A stretch of DNA of 64,000 nt from Mobula birostris (Eukaryota), in assembly GCF_030028105.1 (NCBI RefSeq), contig NC_092374.1, positions 19,722,630 through 19,786,629 on the forward strand, written 5' to 3'. This document shows positions 12,061 through 25,125 of the stretch, one piece after another (positions within the stretch are counted from its first letter, which is position 1; every line of letters starts with the position of its first letter). The notes under the pieces were generated by a model. It worked only from the letters and a program-made list of their open reading frames with translations. It did not search any database and was not told where the DNA came from. The position numbers and the translations under genes were made by a program.

Positions 12061-12984
12061 CACCGTTGGAGCACACTACCTTCGCTCACTGACTCTTCTG
12101 ACACCTGAATATAAGTATACAAGACAGTAAAGAAGTCATACCAGAGAGTTGTGTTCAGTGACTAGGGAATTAATCATAAAAGTTGGCAAGCCAGAGTAAT
12201 AATCATTTTGTTCTCTGTTACACTTGTGTACTGACAATAAACTGTCTTGAATCTTGTCTGACCATTCTTCATCATTGCTCTGCGTACCTTTGAAATATTT
12301 CCCTAATATCTTCTCAGAATGCTGAATAGTGCTCTTGGCCTGATCTGATGACGGTGCTTTCGTAATGATATTAGGCAAATATTTCAAAAGGTAATCCACA
12401 TGGGATATCATTGCCATCCGTTCCTGAAGAATGTAACAAATTACATCCTGATGCAGTCTGGACCCACACCATTAACCATTTGCCACCACAGATGCTGCCC
12501 GGCCATCAAGTAGTTTGTGTCTTTTTCTCCAGATTTCAGAGTTTGCAGTGTGTTGTGTCAGCCAATTACACTGAATATCTTTGTATACTGAATCATCAAT
12601 AACGTGTGGATACCAGAGTGAAATTGAAATAGCATGTGGATACCACAGTGAAATTAGTTGTGCATCAGTTCAAGACTACTGGAAAGTAATTGGTATAATT
12701 ATATCAAGGTAATTTCCTAAGTAAAAAAAAATAGATTTTTGCTGGAATTTTGCATTGCAAACACATTCCACTTGTTCAGACAGCCTCTCACTGAGCTTCA
12801 TTAGGTCAGGAAGTCTATATTCAGCTATGTGGCTTTATCATTCAAGATTACCAGTCTCAAAATAATAATATCCAGCTGTTTCATAAATGAGCATATTAGT
12901 CTGGTCCAGTTGTTAGTTATCTTCCTTTTAAGGAAATACGGTCTGGTATCTTCCCTCAGCTCTTAAACCAACTTTCCTACACAG

Positions 12985-13570
12985 GCCACCCATTTTAATT
13001 GGACTTCCCATTCTCATTCTAACATCTGTGTCCATGGCCTCCTCTACGGCCATGATGAGATCAAACTCAGATTGGAGGAGCAACACCTCATATTCCGTCT
13101 GGGTAGCCTGCAACCTAGTGGCAAGAACATCGATTCCTATAACTTCCAGTATATTTCTCACAACTTCTCTCTTTTTTCATTCGCCATTCTGGTACACTGT
13201 CACTCCTTCTCATTTCCTCAGCTGCCCATCACCTCCCTCTGGTGTCTCCTCCTTCAATTACTTCCATGGTCCACTATCCTTTCCTATTAGATTCCTTTTT
13301 CTTCAGTCCTTTACCACTTCCCCTCCTAGCTTCTCACTTCATTCCCCCCACCCTTGTCACCTGGTCTCACCTATCAACTGCCACCTTGTACTCTTACCCC
13401 CTTCCTTCGCCTTCTTGTTCTGGAAGCTGCCCACTTCTGATGAAGGTCTCAGCACAAAATATTGATTCTTCATTCCCCACCAAAGATACTGCCTGACTTG
13501 CTGAGTTCCGTGAGTAACTTATGCGTGTGCTCAAGATTTTCAGCATTTGCGTATCTCTTGTTCATGATTT
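12985..13570 (+). mobile_element. PLE 3' fragment
   Basis: LEEQHLIFRLGSLQPSGKNID (GIY-YIG C-terminus) plus terminal repeat. Confidence 0.85.
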
Positions 13571-13954
13571 TCTACACAGACTATTGCTAAGCTGTTTCAA
13601 ACAGAAGTGAGCACTTCTGATTTTTTTTCAAAAGTAACGCTTCTCACTGAAATGAAAACTCATTTCATTTCCAGCACTTCCTCCATATTCATAAGGGCAA
13701 GACTTTTCTGTCACCCCGTGCTGAGCGATAGAATTAGGAGTCCAGGGAGTTGCCTCGTTGATCTTTTAAATCAGAGTAGAAATTCAAATCAAGCTCACAA
13801 CATTGAATATTTCAAAGGGTCAGGCATTCATAATGATATGTCAACCAAGAGGAAGGGTATCAAAGGGTTAAGTTAGTGAACTAGGAGGCCAGGAGTTTTC
13901 AGATACAGAGCTTCAAATCCCACCAAAATAATTAAACTTGTAGTTAAGACACAT

Positions 13955-14588
13955 ACACTTAGTGGGCACTTTATTAGGTATACCTGTTCATTAATCAAAT
14001 ATCTTACCAGCCAATCATGTTGGCAGCTGACAGGAAAATGACAGTAACTCACATAACCATCTGTTACAAAAATGGCATGCAGAAGAGCATTTCCAAATGC
14101 ACAACACATTGAACTTTGACAACACACTGGAGGAACTCAGCAGGTCGGGCAGCATCCGTGGAAACGATCAGTCAATGTTTCCGGCCGGAATCCTTCCCTC
14201 TACTACCCATTGTGTTTTCCCCTATTCCTTCTTCACCTTTCCTGCCCATCACCTCCCTGCTTCCCCTCCCTGACCCCTTTATCTTTCCCCTTACTGGTTT
14301 TTCACCTGGTACCCACCAGCCTTCTCCTTCCCACCCTCCCCCCACCTTCTTTATAGGGCCTCTGCCCCTTCCCTCTTCAGTCCTGACAGAGGGTTCCAGA
14401 CCGAAACGTTGACTGATCGTCTCCGCAGATGCTGCCCGACCTGCTGAGTTCCTCCAGAATGTTGTGAATGTTGCTTTGAGCCCAGCATCTGCAGAGTATT
14501 TTGTGTTTATACCGAACTTTGAAATACATGGGTTATAGAAGCAGAAGACTGCAAGCATACACTCTGTGGCCACCTTATTAGGTACAGG
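13955..14588 (+). mobile_element. Tc1 derivative family A, internally deleted, interrupted by a PLE
   Basis: cacttagtgggcactttattaggta...ctctgtggccaccttattaggtacagg. Confidence 0.75.
14120..14513 (+). mobile_element. Short PLE insertion with inverted terminal segment and 9-bp TSD
   Basis: TSD gaactttga at 14111-14119 and 14514-14522; ~14120-14187 is the reverse complement of ~14397-14466. Confidence 0.8.
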
Positions 14589-15272
14589 ATTAGATTAGAT
14601 TAGATTATGAGGACTCTCAGACCTCGTTTATTGTCATTCAGAAATGCATGCATTAAAAAATGATACAATGTTCCTCCAGAATGATATCACAAGAAACACA
14701 GAACAAACCAAGACTAAAACTGACAAAACCACATAATTACAACATATAGTTACAACAATGCAAAGCAATACCGTAATTTGATAAAGAGCAGACCATGGGC
14801 ATGATAAAAAAAAGTCTCAAAGTTCTGATAGCCTCATCATCTCACGCAGACGGTAGAAGGGAGAAACTCTCCCTGCCATGAACCTCCAAGCGCCGCCAAC
14901 TTACCGATGCAGCATCATTGGAAGCATCCGACCGCAGCGGACTCTGAGCCCGTCCGAAAACTTCGAGCTTCCGACCAATCCTCCGACACAGCCTCTCCGA
15001 GCACCATCCTCTGCCGAATGCTTCGACTCTGCCCCGGCCACCAAGCAACAAGCAAAGCCAAGGACTCGGGGCCTTCTCCTCCGGAGATTCTGGATCGCGC
15101 AGTAGCAGCGGCAGCGAAGCAGGCATTTCAGAAGTTTCACCAGATGTTCCTCCGTGCTCTCACGTCCGTCTCCATCAAATCAGGATTGTGCACGGCACCT
15201 TACTTGACAAATAACAGACATCACCACCGGAGTGGCCACTGCAAGCTGTGTCGCGCCACCATCTTCTCCTCC
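14588..15272 (-). mobile_element. ~680-bp non-coding retroposon with (TCTAA)n tail
   Basis: Starts ggaggagaagatggtggcg on minus; ends aatgacaataaa...ataatctaatctaatc; full-length similarity to 58025-58697. Confidence 0.8.
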
Positions 15273-15764
15273 CGAATACATAATACACTGGCCAGACCAC
15301 TTTCAGCTACAGTAGGTATAAAGTGGCCACTGATTGAAATTTGTCTCCTAACAAGCAAATCCTTCATGTTTACTTTCTCATTGTTGGGTACAAAGTCTCT
15401 TCTACACCTCAGCTTCATCCTGTCACTTTTCCTCCTAAAGCTTTAGAGATCCTTGAAGGCAGGGGTCCATGGCATAAAAACAGTAGGGAACCCCTGCTCT
15501 AAGATCTTTAAGTCCCCATTCACATACTCAATAACAATTGTCCCACATTACATGTTCATCTCTTCATATATGTTAACACCGTACTGTCTAGACTTCTCTC
15601 CTCGCTCCTTCAACCTCTCTGGCAAATTGGTAAATTGGTTTATGTACTGAGCTAGAGGGAAAAACGTGTCTTTTACACTGAATTAGATAAATCATTGCCT
15701 TGACAGCTTTCCATTTTACTAGCATAAAAGTGAGGATTCTACCATTCCTTTGTTTGTTTATCTA

Positions 15765-18060
15765 TACTCAGTGGTCACTTTATTTACACCCGTAGACCTG
15801 CTTGTTAATGCAAGTATCTAATCAGCCAATCATGTGGTAGCAATTCAATACATAAAAGCATGCAGATATGATCAAGAGGTTTAGTTTTGTACAGACCAAA
15901 CATCAGAAGTCATATTGAGTGTGGAATGACTGTTGGTGTCAGGCAGGGTGATTTGAGTATCTCAGAAACTGTTAATTTCCTGAAATTTTCACACACAATG
16001 TTCCTAGAGTTTACAGGGAAAGGTGCAAGAAACAAAAAAAATATCCAGGAGCAACAGTTGTGTGGGTGAAAACACCTTGTTAATGAGAGAAGCGAGAGGA
16101 GAATAGTCTGACTGGTATAAACTGACAGATAGGCGACAGTAATTCAAATAACCATGTGTTACAACAATGGTGTGCAGAAAATCATCTCTGAATGCACAAC
16201 ACGTCAAGCTTTGAAGTGGGTGGGATACAGCAGCAGAAGACCACACTGATTCCAATCCTGACAGAATAAAATCACCAGAACAAATAAAAGTTTTCCCCAA
16301 TCAGAAACCATGGATGAATAGAGAAGTTCGCCTCCTGCTCAAAGCCAGAGATTCAGCCTTCAGGTCTGGAGACCGGGAGGCTTACAGCTCAGCCAGGGCC
16401 AGCCTGAGGAGGGGAATCTCTCAGGATAAACACATGTACAAACAGAGAATCGAGGAGCGTTTCAGCTCCTCGGACCCCCAGCGAATGTGGCATGGCATAC
16501 AGGTCATTACAGTCTTCAAACCACCTAGTACTGTGCCCCCTTCCAGCTCTGCTTCCCTCCCTGATGAGCTCAATTACTTCTACGCTCGCTTTGACCAAGA
16601 GAACAAGGAGGCAACCCTCAAAGCAGGTCTCCCACCTGGTGAACTGCCTCTCTCACTTTCCACCTCCAATGTTTGCTCCACCCTGAGCAGGATGAATGTA
16701 CGGAAAGCAGCTGGTCTGGATGGAATACCTGGCTGTGTGCTCAGAGTCTGTGCAGTGCAGTTGGCCGGGGTCTTCAGGAAATTTTTAATCTGTCCTTGGC
16801 CCAGGCAGTTGTCCCCACAAGCTTCGAGATTGCCACCATTGTGCCAGTGCCGAAGTATTCCACTGCCACGGGCCTGAATGACTTCCACCCAGTTGCACTC
16901 ACCCCCATTAGTTCGGCATCCAATACCGTGATCCCCACCAAGCTGATCGCCAAACTTCGCCAGCTTGTTATCAGCTCATCCCTCTGCAACTGGACCTTGG
17001 ACTTTCTGGCTAACAGACCCCAATCAGTTAAGATAGACAACCTCTCCTCCTCCACTCTCACCCTGAACACTGGCGTGCCTCAAGGCTGTGTGCTGAGCCC
17101 TCTTCTGTACTCTCTTTTCACCTATGACTGCGTTCCTGTACATGGTTCTAACTCCATAACCAAGTTCACACGACACCACGGTGGTTGGCCTGATCGGGGG
17201 GATGACGAGACGGCCTACAGGGATGAGGTCCAGCACCTGGCCGCGTGGTGTGCAAACAACAACCTGGCCCTTAACACCCAGAAGACCAAGGAGATCATTG
17301 TGGACTTCAGGCATGCTAGGAGCCACACCCACGTCCCCATCTACATCAATGGAGCTGTAGTGGAGTGTGTATCAAGCTTCAAATTCCTTGGTGTCCACAT
17401 TTCCGAGGATTTCACCTGGTCCCTGAACTCCTCCATCCTGATCAAAAAGGCACAATAGCGCCTTTATTTCCTGTGGAGCATCAAGAAAGCTCACCTCTGT
17501 CCCAGGATACTGATGGACTTTTACCGCTGTACCGTTGAGAGCATACTCACCAACTGCATCTCAGTGTGGTATGGCGATTGTGCCGTATCGGACCACAAAG
17601 CACTCCAGCGTGTGGTGAAAACTGCCCAGCGGATCATCGGTACCCAATTGCCCACCATTGAGAACATCTACCATTAACGCTGCCTGGGCAGAGCGAAAAG
17701 CATTATCAAAGACGCATCTCACCTTAACCATAGACTTCTTAACTCTCCTCCCATCCAGTAGGTGCTACAGGAGCCTCCGCTCCCACACCAGCAGACACAG
17801 GAAGAGCTTCTTCCCTGAGGCTGCGACCCTGCTGAACCTCACATCACAGCGCTAAGCAGCATTGCACCCATATTGTACTGTCTCAGTACTTTTATAATTG
17901 TGTGCTGTAACACTTTTTATTCACAGTTATTTTGTAAATAACACTATTCTTTGCATTTCTGGTCAGATGTTAACTGTATTTCATTGGCTTTGTATCTGTA
18001 CTCGGCACAATGACAATAAAGTTGAATCTAATCTAATCTAATAAAGTGGCTACTGAGTGT
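15765..18060 (+). mobile_element. Tc1 derivative family A split by a Rex/Babar LINE
   Basis: Left TIR tactcagtggtcactttatt; right TIR aataaagtggctactgagtg at ~18040-18059. Confidence 0.8.
16262..18041 (+). mobile_element. Rex1/Babar LINE, 5'-truncated, RT pseudogene with internal deletion
   Basis: KPWMNREVRLLLKARD, KAAGLDGIPG, NDFHPVALTP, NTGVPQGCVLSPLLYSLFT, LNTQKTKEIIVDFR, FKFLGVHI; (TCTAA)n tail. Confidence 0.92.
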
Positions 18061-18219
18061 ATATTGGCAATATTGATGATGAATAAAAAGGATTCATAAA
18101 ACCTATCTTGTTCACCAATGCCATTTGGGGAGGGAGAATCTGACATTCTTATTGAGCCAAGCCTGTTTTGTGAGACCCAGAGCAATGTGGTTGCTTGTTA
18201 ATAAATCTCTGAATAATCT

Positions 18220-18645
18220 ATCAGGGACATTTATCAGGACCACTAGTATTATTAAGGATCCCACCTATCCATCCAGCATCCTCTTTGACTTTCTACCATC
18301 TACCATCTACCATCTACCATCAGGCAGGAGACTCTGATGCATAAAAACAAGAACTGTGCAGGATGAAAAACAGTTTCTTCCCCCAGGCCATTAGGCTTTT
18401 GAATTCCCGGCCACATCGTATTCGAAGTGTCACTGCTTAATCTGTTCCGTACCTTACAATATTTAATATAAATTCACTTTAGTTTGTTATTTATGTGTGG
18501 TTCTTCTGTAGATGTTATCCTTACCTTCATAAGTTATCATGTGTTGCACCCTGGTTTGAAGAAACGTTGTTTCATTTATATATACATTATATATGTTATA
18601 TACATGTATGTAGTTAAATAACAATAAACTTCATTTGACTTGATT
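18220..18645 (+). mobile_element. Rex/Babar-type LINE 3' fragment
   Basis: SIIKDPTYPS..LPSGRR; tail aataaacttcatttgacttga. Confidence 0.7.
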
Positions 18646-18687
18646 TGAATGCTGCTGCAAGCCATTCATTGGAATGGTTTCCAACAA

Positions 18688-19490
18688 GATGTCGGTGTGT
18701 TTGGATGCAGCAGTGGCCTCTTCGGGGCTGACCAAGAGTGTTTTTGTCTTTTTAAAATATCGTTTTTTAAGGTCGCGAGCCTATGCTGGATATCAAGAAC
18801 TTCATGTACTGCAGGACTACCACATCAGCAAGTTGCTCGTTGGCAGAGGAGCTGGAGGAGTTGGACTTTGTGTGGACTGTGTTACAGCCTGCTACAAGAA
18901 GGCATCAGGGTTGGTGCACGATGGCGGTGTGCAATCTAACAGCAAGTGATCGTCTTGAGCATTTTTCTTGCGATTACAAAATCCTGTTGAACATTGATAA
19001 TGTAAAATACTGCAAGTCTGTTTCCATGTTTATTGCTGAGACAGATGGCGAGGGAGCTGCGTGGCCTCGGTTGTAGTAAGGACTAGGTCTCAAGCCACGG
19101 GGTTGCCTGTTGCAGCTGTTCAGGAGAGAGAAGATGCCAGAGGCGGTGTGGCGCAGCATCCACACAGGGTTAGGGCTGGCCCCTCCTGTCAGTGCTCGAA
19201 TAGAGGAATGGCAAGCTGGATTGCATGCATACGTTTGTTTGCAGACTGCTGAAAACTGCTTTTTCTTGCCGATAACACCAATGCACCATCAATTTATAGG
19301 ACGTGTCACTCAGGGACTTGGGCTATATATTTGTGTGACTGTATGCTTACTTGCTATTTTACATGTACTATATGTGCCTGGCGCATGTATGACAGTTGAT
19401 ACTGTGTTTTGGACCTTGGCCCCAGAGGAATGCTCTTTCATTTGGTTGTATTCATGTATGGTTACATGATAATTAAACTTGAACTTGAAC
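18688..19490 (+). mobile_element. Non-autonomous LINE-like element with (TTGAAC)n tail
   Basis: caagatgtcgg start, GC-rich 5' part, 3' part shared with 11100-11330(-). Confidence 0.6.
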
Positions 19491-21019
19491 AGTGGTGAAT
19501 GTATGATGAGTAATAAATTTTGGCCAGACAAGCAGCCCAAAATGAAATTCTAAGAGTGCGAGATCCAAAATATTCCAGTGAATTTTCACTTTAGCTCGGG
19601 CTTATTGGCTCATTATCCTTTGACTTAATAACCTGCTGATTTCCTGTTCCCTAGACAACTGTTTTCACTCCTCATCACCTTCAAAACTTCTTCATTGCTT
19701 TCACCCAACTCTCTCATTTCTCCTGCAGTTCTCCATTGGCGACTTACTTTCATTTGCCTCTCTCCTGGGTTCCCAATACATTGAGTAGCCGCTCCAGAAG
19801 CCACTCAACCTCCAGCCTCGCATTGTAACTATTCATATACATTAACATATAATACTTTTATATAACAACTGCAAGATCCTTCATCGTAAGTATTATCAAA
19901 TAAAATTTGACACCCAGCCACATGAAAATTGGTAGCTTTTAAGGTGTATTATGAAGTGGGCAAATGAGACAGAGACAGGACTGTTTGGGAGAGAGAAAGG
20001 AAAAGAGAGAGATGGACAGAGGGCTTTCTCACAGCTTGGGCCCTTGACAGAAGGTGGATCTTTTTTACATCAAAGATGTTCAACAGAGGCTTAACACAGA
20101 GAAATGAAGAAACCTCCGTCAATTTGATGTCTGTATGGTACTTAAAATCACAACTACAATTTTTTGGACGTCAAGATATTAATGAACTGAGAAATGCAGC
20201 CAAGCAGAGACAGGGTTGATGGGAGAATGGGAATTGGTACAAACAGGCTTCAATGTTACAAACTTCATCCCATGATATAAATGTGGAGAAGTGCAACGAT
20301 GTATACTTATATATATATATATATATATATATATACTGTAATTCACAGCTTTTACTATTATGTATTACATCGTACTGCTGCCGCAAAAAAAAAAACAACA
20401 AATTTCACTACCTATGCCGGTGATATTAAACCTGATTCTGAATCTGATACTGATGACTCTGAAGAAGGCCAACACTGGTACCAGATGTTCCGAAATGCTT
20501 TGCAATCTTGCAGTACTTCTGGACTGTGTGGTGACAGTCACAACACAGGAAGTGTACCAGCCAATTTATGCATAACAGGATCACATCAGTGACATTATAC
20601 TAAGTGCATTATCTGCTTTAAAAGTATTTGAAGGTAAATATCCAAAGAGAATTCCGCTGCATTTCCTATGTGTAATGGCAGGGGACCTTTAGCTCAGAAA
20701 ACAGATGGTGACTCATTTTAATCTCATCTAAAAGACGGTACAATAATTTCTCCTTATTGCACTGAGGCATTAGCCTGGAATTTATGTTCCCTAAAGAGAG
20801 ACCTGATTCCACGACTCTTTGACCCATGGATAAAAGGTGCTATTGATTGCTACACCATATAACAGTGCGATCAAGAACAAGGAATCATAGCAGGTGCAAG
20901 GAGGAGGAGATTTACAACCAATCCAGCCTGTGCTAGTTCTCTGAAAAAAATGGTTTAATTCTCCAAAGTGCTAATTTTTAATTATAAACCCAATTCCAAG
21001 AATCTCCAAGAGAACCACA

Positions 21020-21362
21020 GCCTTGTTGTAGGGTTTGGAGGCTTGTGTGCCTCAATGACCAGGAGAGCTATGTTGGCTTTATGTTTTGGCTCTTGGTAGG
21101 GTCACCCATGCCAAGCAGGTCAAAGGGTAGAGGTCAAATCTGCCAGGTCTGGGGGCCTCAGCTCTGGGCTACCAACCCTGACTTATAAAACAAAATTGTT
21201 ACAGAAACAGCAATGGAGATCCTGTCCACATCAGAATGCAATTATACTCCACCAGGGACTTGCATGACTGACAGGAGTTAAAACCAAGAGGAAGCTACTG
21301 ACATGACGAAGGAAGCCCTGAACACTGCTAGGGATAAAGGACCTTCACTGCTGCCCTAAATG
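21020..21362 (+). mobile_element. RTE-derived non-autonomous element
   Basis: ggtagggtcacccatgcc...ggtcaaaggg...ctaccaaccctga, resembling RTE 5' UTR elements. Confidence 0.45.
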
Positions 21363-22073
21363 ATGTGTCCTCTCTCTGCTCCAATCCTAAATAACAGGTT
21401 ACAAATACAAAAGTGATCGAAATATTTTCAGATGAAGGGTCTTCAATCTGAAATATGAACTCAGGAGATGAAGGGACATAGGCTACACCCAGGCAGAAGA
21501 GATTAGTTTGGTTCGTCAACACAGATGTCCGAGGTCATCCTGCACTGTACCGCTCTATGTTTTTTGTTTCATATTCATCCTTCTTCAGTTGCTTCCCGAT
21601 TTTCTATTTTTAAATCTTTTTTTCTACCACTGTCCATGGATGCTGCCTGACCTGCTGAATGACGTTTCCAGCATGTTCTATTTTTACTGCAGATTTCCTG
21701 CATCTGCAGTTTTGTTTTACTTTGCAGAAATAATATATCAGGTGTCGTTGCCTGAGGAAGAATTCATGAATTGAGACAGTGTTCATGTCTTCCTCCCACA
21801 TAACAAGATGTAAGTGTGATAGCAGCTGAACCTATACAAGCCTAACCTGAGTCAGGCAGAGGCGGTTAAATAATGTAATACTCAAATACTCAAGGCTCCT
21901 GATCTATGAACCACAAGACATGCAGTATGCTTAGTCCTGCTTAGATCTTGTTCTGAAAATCACAGCCATAACAAATGGAGGTGCATTCTTAGAAGCATCC
22001 TTTTTGACTAATTGCACTGTGCTCTGGTGTACCAGACTAGCTTAAACAAGAAGAGGTATCGGATGTACATAAG

Positions 22074-22620
22074 CAGCACTGTGCAAAAGTCTTAGGTATA
22101 TATTTATATAGCCAGGATGCCTAAGACTTTTACACAGCTCTGTAGTAATTTTCTGTATTGCACTGTATTGCCATAAAAAAAAACACATTTCATGACATAT
22201 GTGAGTGATGATAAACCTGATTCTGATATGGGTCTCTACTGTGGACTGAGAGTGGGAAGAGGGCAGGGAGAATCAGGGTTGGGAAAAGGGGAAAGGAGAA
22301 AAGAGGGAGTAAGAATCATCAGAGAGACTTCTGTAATGATCATTAAGACAATTGTTTGGAACCAAATGAGCTTGCCTGGTGTCTCAGGGATTGGTGTGTC
22401 TGCTCCTGCCCCCCACCCCGCCGCCCCTGGCCCTCCTTCTCTGTCACTTACCCCACACCTTCCCACAGTGAGCCACCCTCACCATTCCCAACATTCTTTG
22501 CTCCCTGCTGAAGGGTCTCAGCCTGAAACATCGACTGTACTCTTTTCCATAGATGCTGCCTGGTCTACTGAGTACTTTCAGCATTGTGTCTGTGATCCTT
22601 TGCTCCCGCCAGGTTTACAG
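22074..22620 (+). mobile_element. Hairpin-ended composite MITE (family B), truncated, with a small PLE piece at ~22503-22595
   Basis: ctgtgcaaaagtcttagg..cctaagacttttacacag hairpin; body shared with 34350-34888 and 57016-57582. Confidence 0.8.
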
Positions 22621-24534
22621 GGATGTTAACAGGACTAAAGAAACAGACCTACAGGCAGAGGTTAGGCAGGATGGGACCTCTTTCCTTATAATCATCTATG
22701 AGCTGACCATCTGACTCTAAGACCATAAAGATATAGGAACAGAATTAAACTATTCAATCATGGCTGATTTATTATCCCTCTCAATCCCATTCTGCTGCCT
22801 TCTCCCCACAACCTTTGACACCCTTAGTAATTAAGTACCTATGAACCTCCACTTTAAATATACCCAATGATGTGGCCTCCACAGCTGTCTGTGGCAATGA
22901 ATTCCACGGATTCACCATCTTCTGGCTAAAGAAATTCCTTCTCATTTCTGTTCTAAGGAGGAATATAAAATGATGAAGAGACTAATCAGAGAGACTGCAC
23001 TCAGTCCTTTTCCCAGGTGTTAAGTGAAGGGAAGGATTTCTAAAGCTTCAGAGAGATTCTACAAATGCTGGAAATGTTGAGCAATACACACAGAGTGCTG
23101 AATGAAATCGGTAGCTCAGGTAGCATCTATGGAGGGAAGCAGTCTGTGGTCAGATCTTTGCCTGAAATGTCGACTCTTTATTCACCTCCATGGATGCTGT
23201 CTGACTTGTTGAGTTCCTCCAGCATTTTGTGGGCCTGACAACTAGAGTTAATGTCTATCTCGTTACTGTTATTAAACTTTGTTTGTACTCGCTGGGATGG
23301 TGATAACATAATCAATTGCTAAAGCATTAGGCAATCAACTCTTGAGGGTTTTATTTGGATTAATATCCCGAAGTATCGATGCATCATGCTCCTTGGTTAA
23401 ACTGGCAGCCTGCTTCTGCTGTGCTTTACTGTGTGTAGGACTTTACAGAGGTAGTCTGGCACACTTCAGAGAGCTTTCTCCCTAGAGGTACAGGACCTGA
23501 AGACCCACACTCTGCTGGAAGAATAGTTTCTTCACCTCTGCCCTCAGATTTCTGAACAATTGATCAATTTGTGAATATTTACTTGCTATTCCTCTCTTGC
23601 ACTATCTGTCTATAAATCTATCACTGTAAATTAATAGTAATTTTTATATCTTGCACTATACTGCTGCTAAAATATGTCAAACTTCACATAATATATATCA
23701 GTGATAATAAATCTGATTCAGATTCTGAAATGAATACTTGAGTTGCAACCCTTACCAGGGAATGTTTGTGACTTCTAAGGTTTCTTCCTCACAATTACTA
23801 AATGAGCACCTTCTTGCAACTTTCATCTTCAGGACCTGGTCTCTCATTCTCTGCAGTGTTTCAGCAGTGTTTCTCTGGAGTGGAGTAGAAATCCAGTGTG
23901 GTGAATTACTGACCAATGTTTTCTTGCTGTGATGTGCCCTGTCGGCAAAGCCCAGGAATGAGGGAGAAGGGCAAAGGACAAACTTTTGTGTCTTGTTATG
24001 TTACCTGAACACTACCAGGTGAGGCATGCTCACCTCTTAATTGTGGTCCAAGATCCAGTAAATCTTTTGGAACCCATAGTAGGAGTGATGGTGGTTGAAT
24101 AAGGTGCACGGAAAATTTTCCTCAGCTTCCTTCAAGAAAGAACAGTGAGTTTTCTGAGGTGGTCCGACCAATTTTTATCCTTAGCGCCACTAAATACGTT
24201 GCTGATCGTGGCAACTTGCTGTAGGCTGATTGGCCACAAACAATCTTCTAGAGGAACTTGGTGGGTTGAGCACCATTTGTAGGCAGAGAGAAATTACCCA
24301 CTCATCAGGTCCTAATGCAGGGTTTAGGTCTGAAGTGTCAACAATATGCCCACCGCCTCTCCCACAGATACTGCTTGACCCGCTGAATTCCTGCAGCAGA
24401 TTGCTTGTTGCTGCAGATTTCAGTACCTGCCGTCTCTGTGCCTCACATGGTAACCGTTCCTTCTATAGCAGCATTAACTACACTTCAGAGTCTGCATAGG
24501 TTAAGGGCATGAAAAACACTTTAATAATCTTTCA

Positions 24535-24693
24535 CAGACATGAGGAAATCTGCAGATGCTGGAAATTCAAGCAACACACACATAAAATGCTGGTGGAACG
24601 CAGCAGGCCAGGCCCGAAACGTCAACCGTACTGCTTCCTATAGATGCTGCCTGGCCTGCTGCGTTCCACCAGCATTTTTTGTGTGTGTTGCTT
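24535..24693. mobile_element. PLE terminus in fold-back configuration (45-bp arms)
   Basis: 24569-24613 is the near-perfect reverse complement of 24649-24693. Confidence 0.85.
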
Positions 24694-24796
24694 AATAACT
24701 TTTCCTTTCTTTTAGATTTACTGAACTAATTTCACAGGTAGCAGGATTAACACATGAGGAGAGATAGGGCTATTCGTCCACACTGCTGATTATTGC

Positions 24797-25125
24797 ATGG
24801 CACAGCAGCAGAACGGTTAGCATAACGCTTTACAGTTGCAGCATTAGGGTTCAATTCCAGCCACCCTCTGCAAGGAGTTTGTACGTTCTCCCCCGTGACC
24901 ATGTGGGCTTCTTCCCGGTGCTTCGGATTCCTCCCATGTTTCAAAGATGTACAGATTACAGTTAGTAAGTTGTGGGCATGCTAGGTTGACACTGGAAGCA
25001 TGGTAACACTTGCGGGCTGCCCCCAGCGCATCCTCAGACTGCGTGAGTCATTGACAAAAATGAGATATTTGCCAGTATGTTTTTGAAGTTTCAACGTACA
25101 CATCACAAGTAAAGCTAATCTCTTA
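24797..25125 (+). mobile_element. tRNA-derived V-type SINE
   Basis: A-box/B-box-like head (ggttagc...gggttcaattcc) then ggagtttgtacgttctccccc...tcctccca...caaagatg. Confidence 0.75.

Noticed and set aside
12136-12423. Minus-strand exon-like frame ERMAMISHVDYLLKYLPN...GKYFK
   Set aside because: No recognised homology, and much of it is the two arms of an inverted repeat; kept only as a hairpin finding.
14842-15446. Overlapping ORFs of 75-179 aa, also at 58050-58551
   Set aside because: GC-rich non-coding repeat; the frames are not preserved between the two copies.
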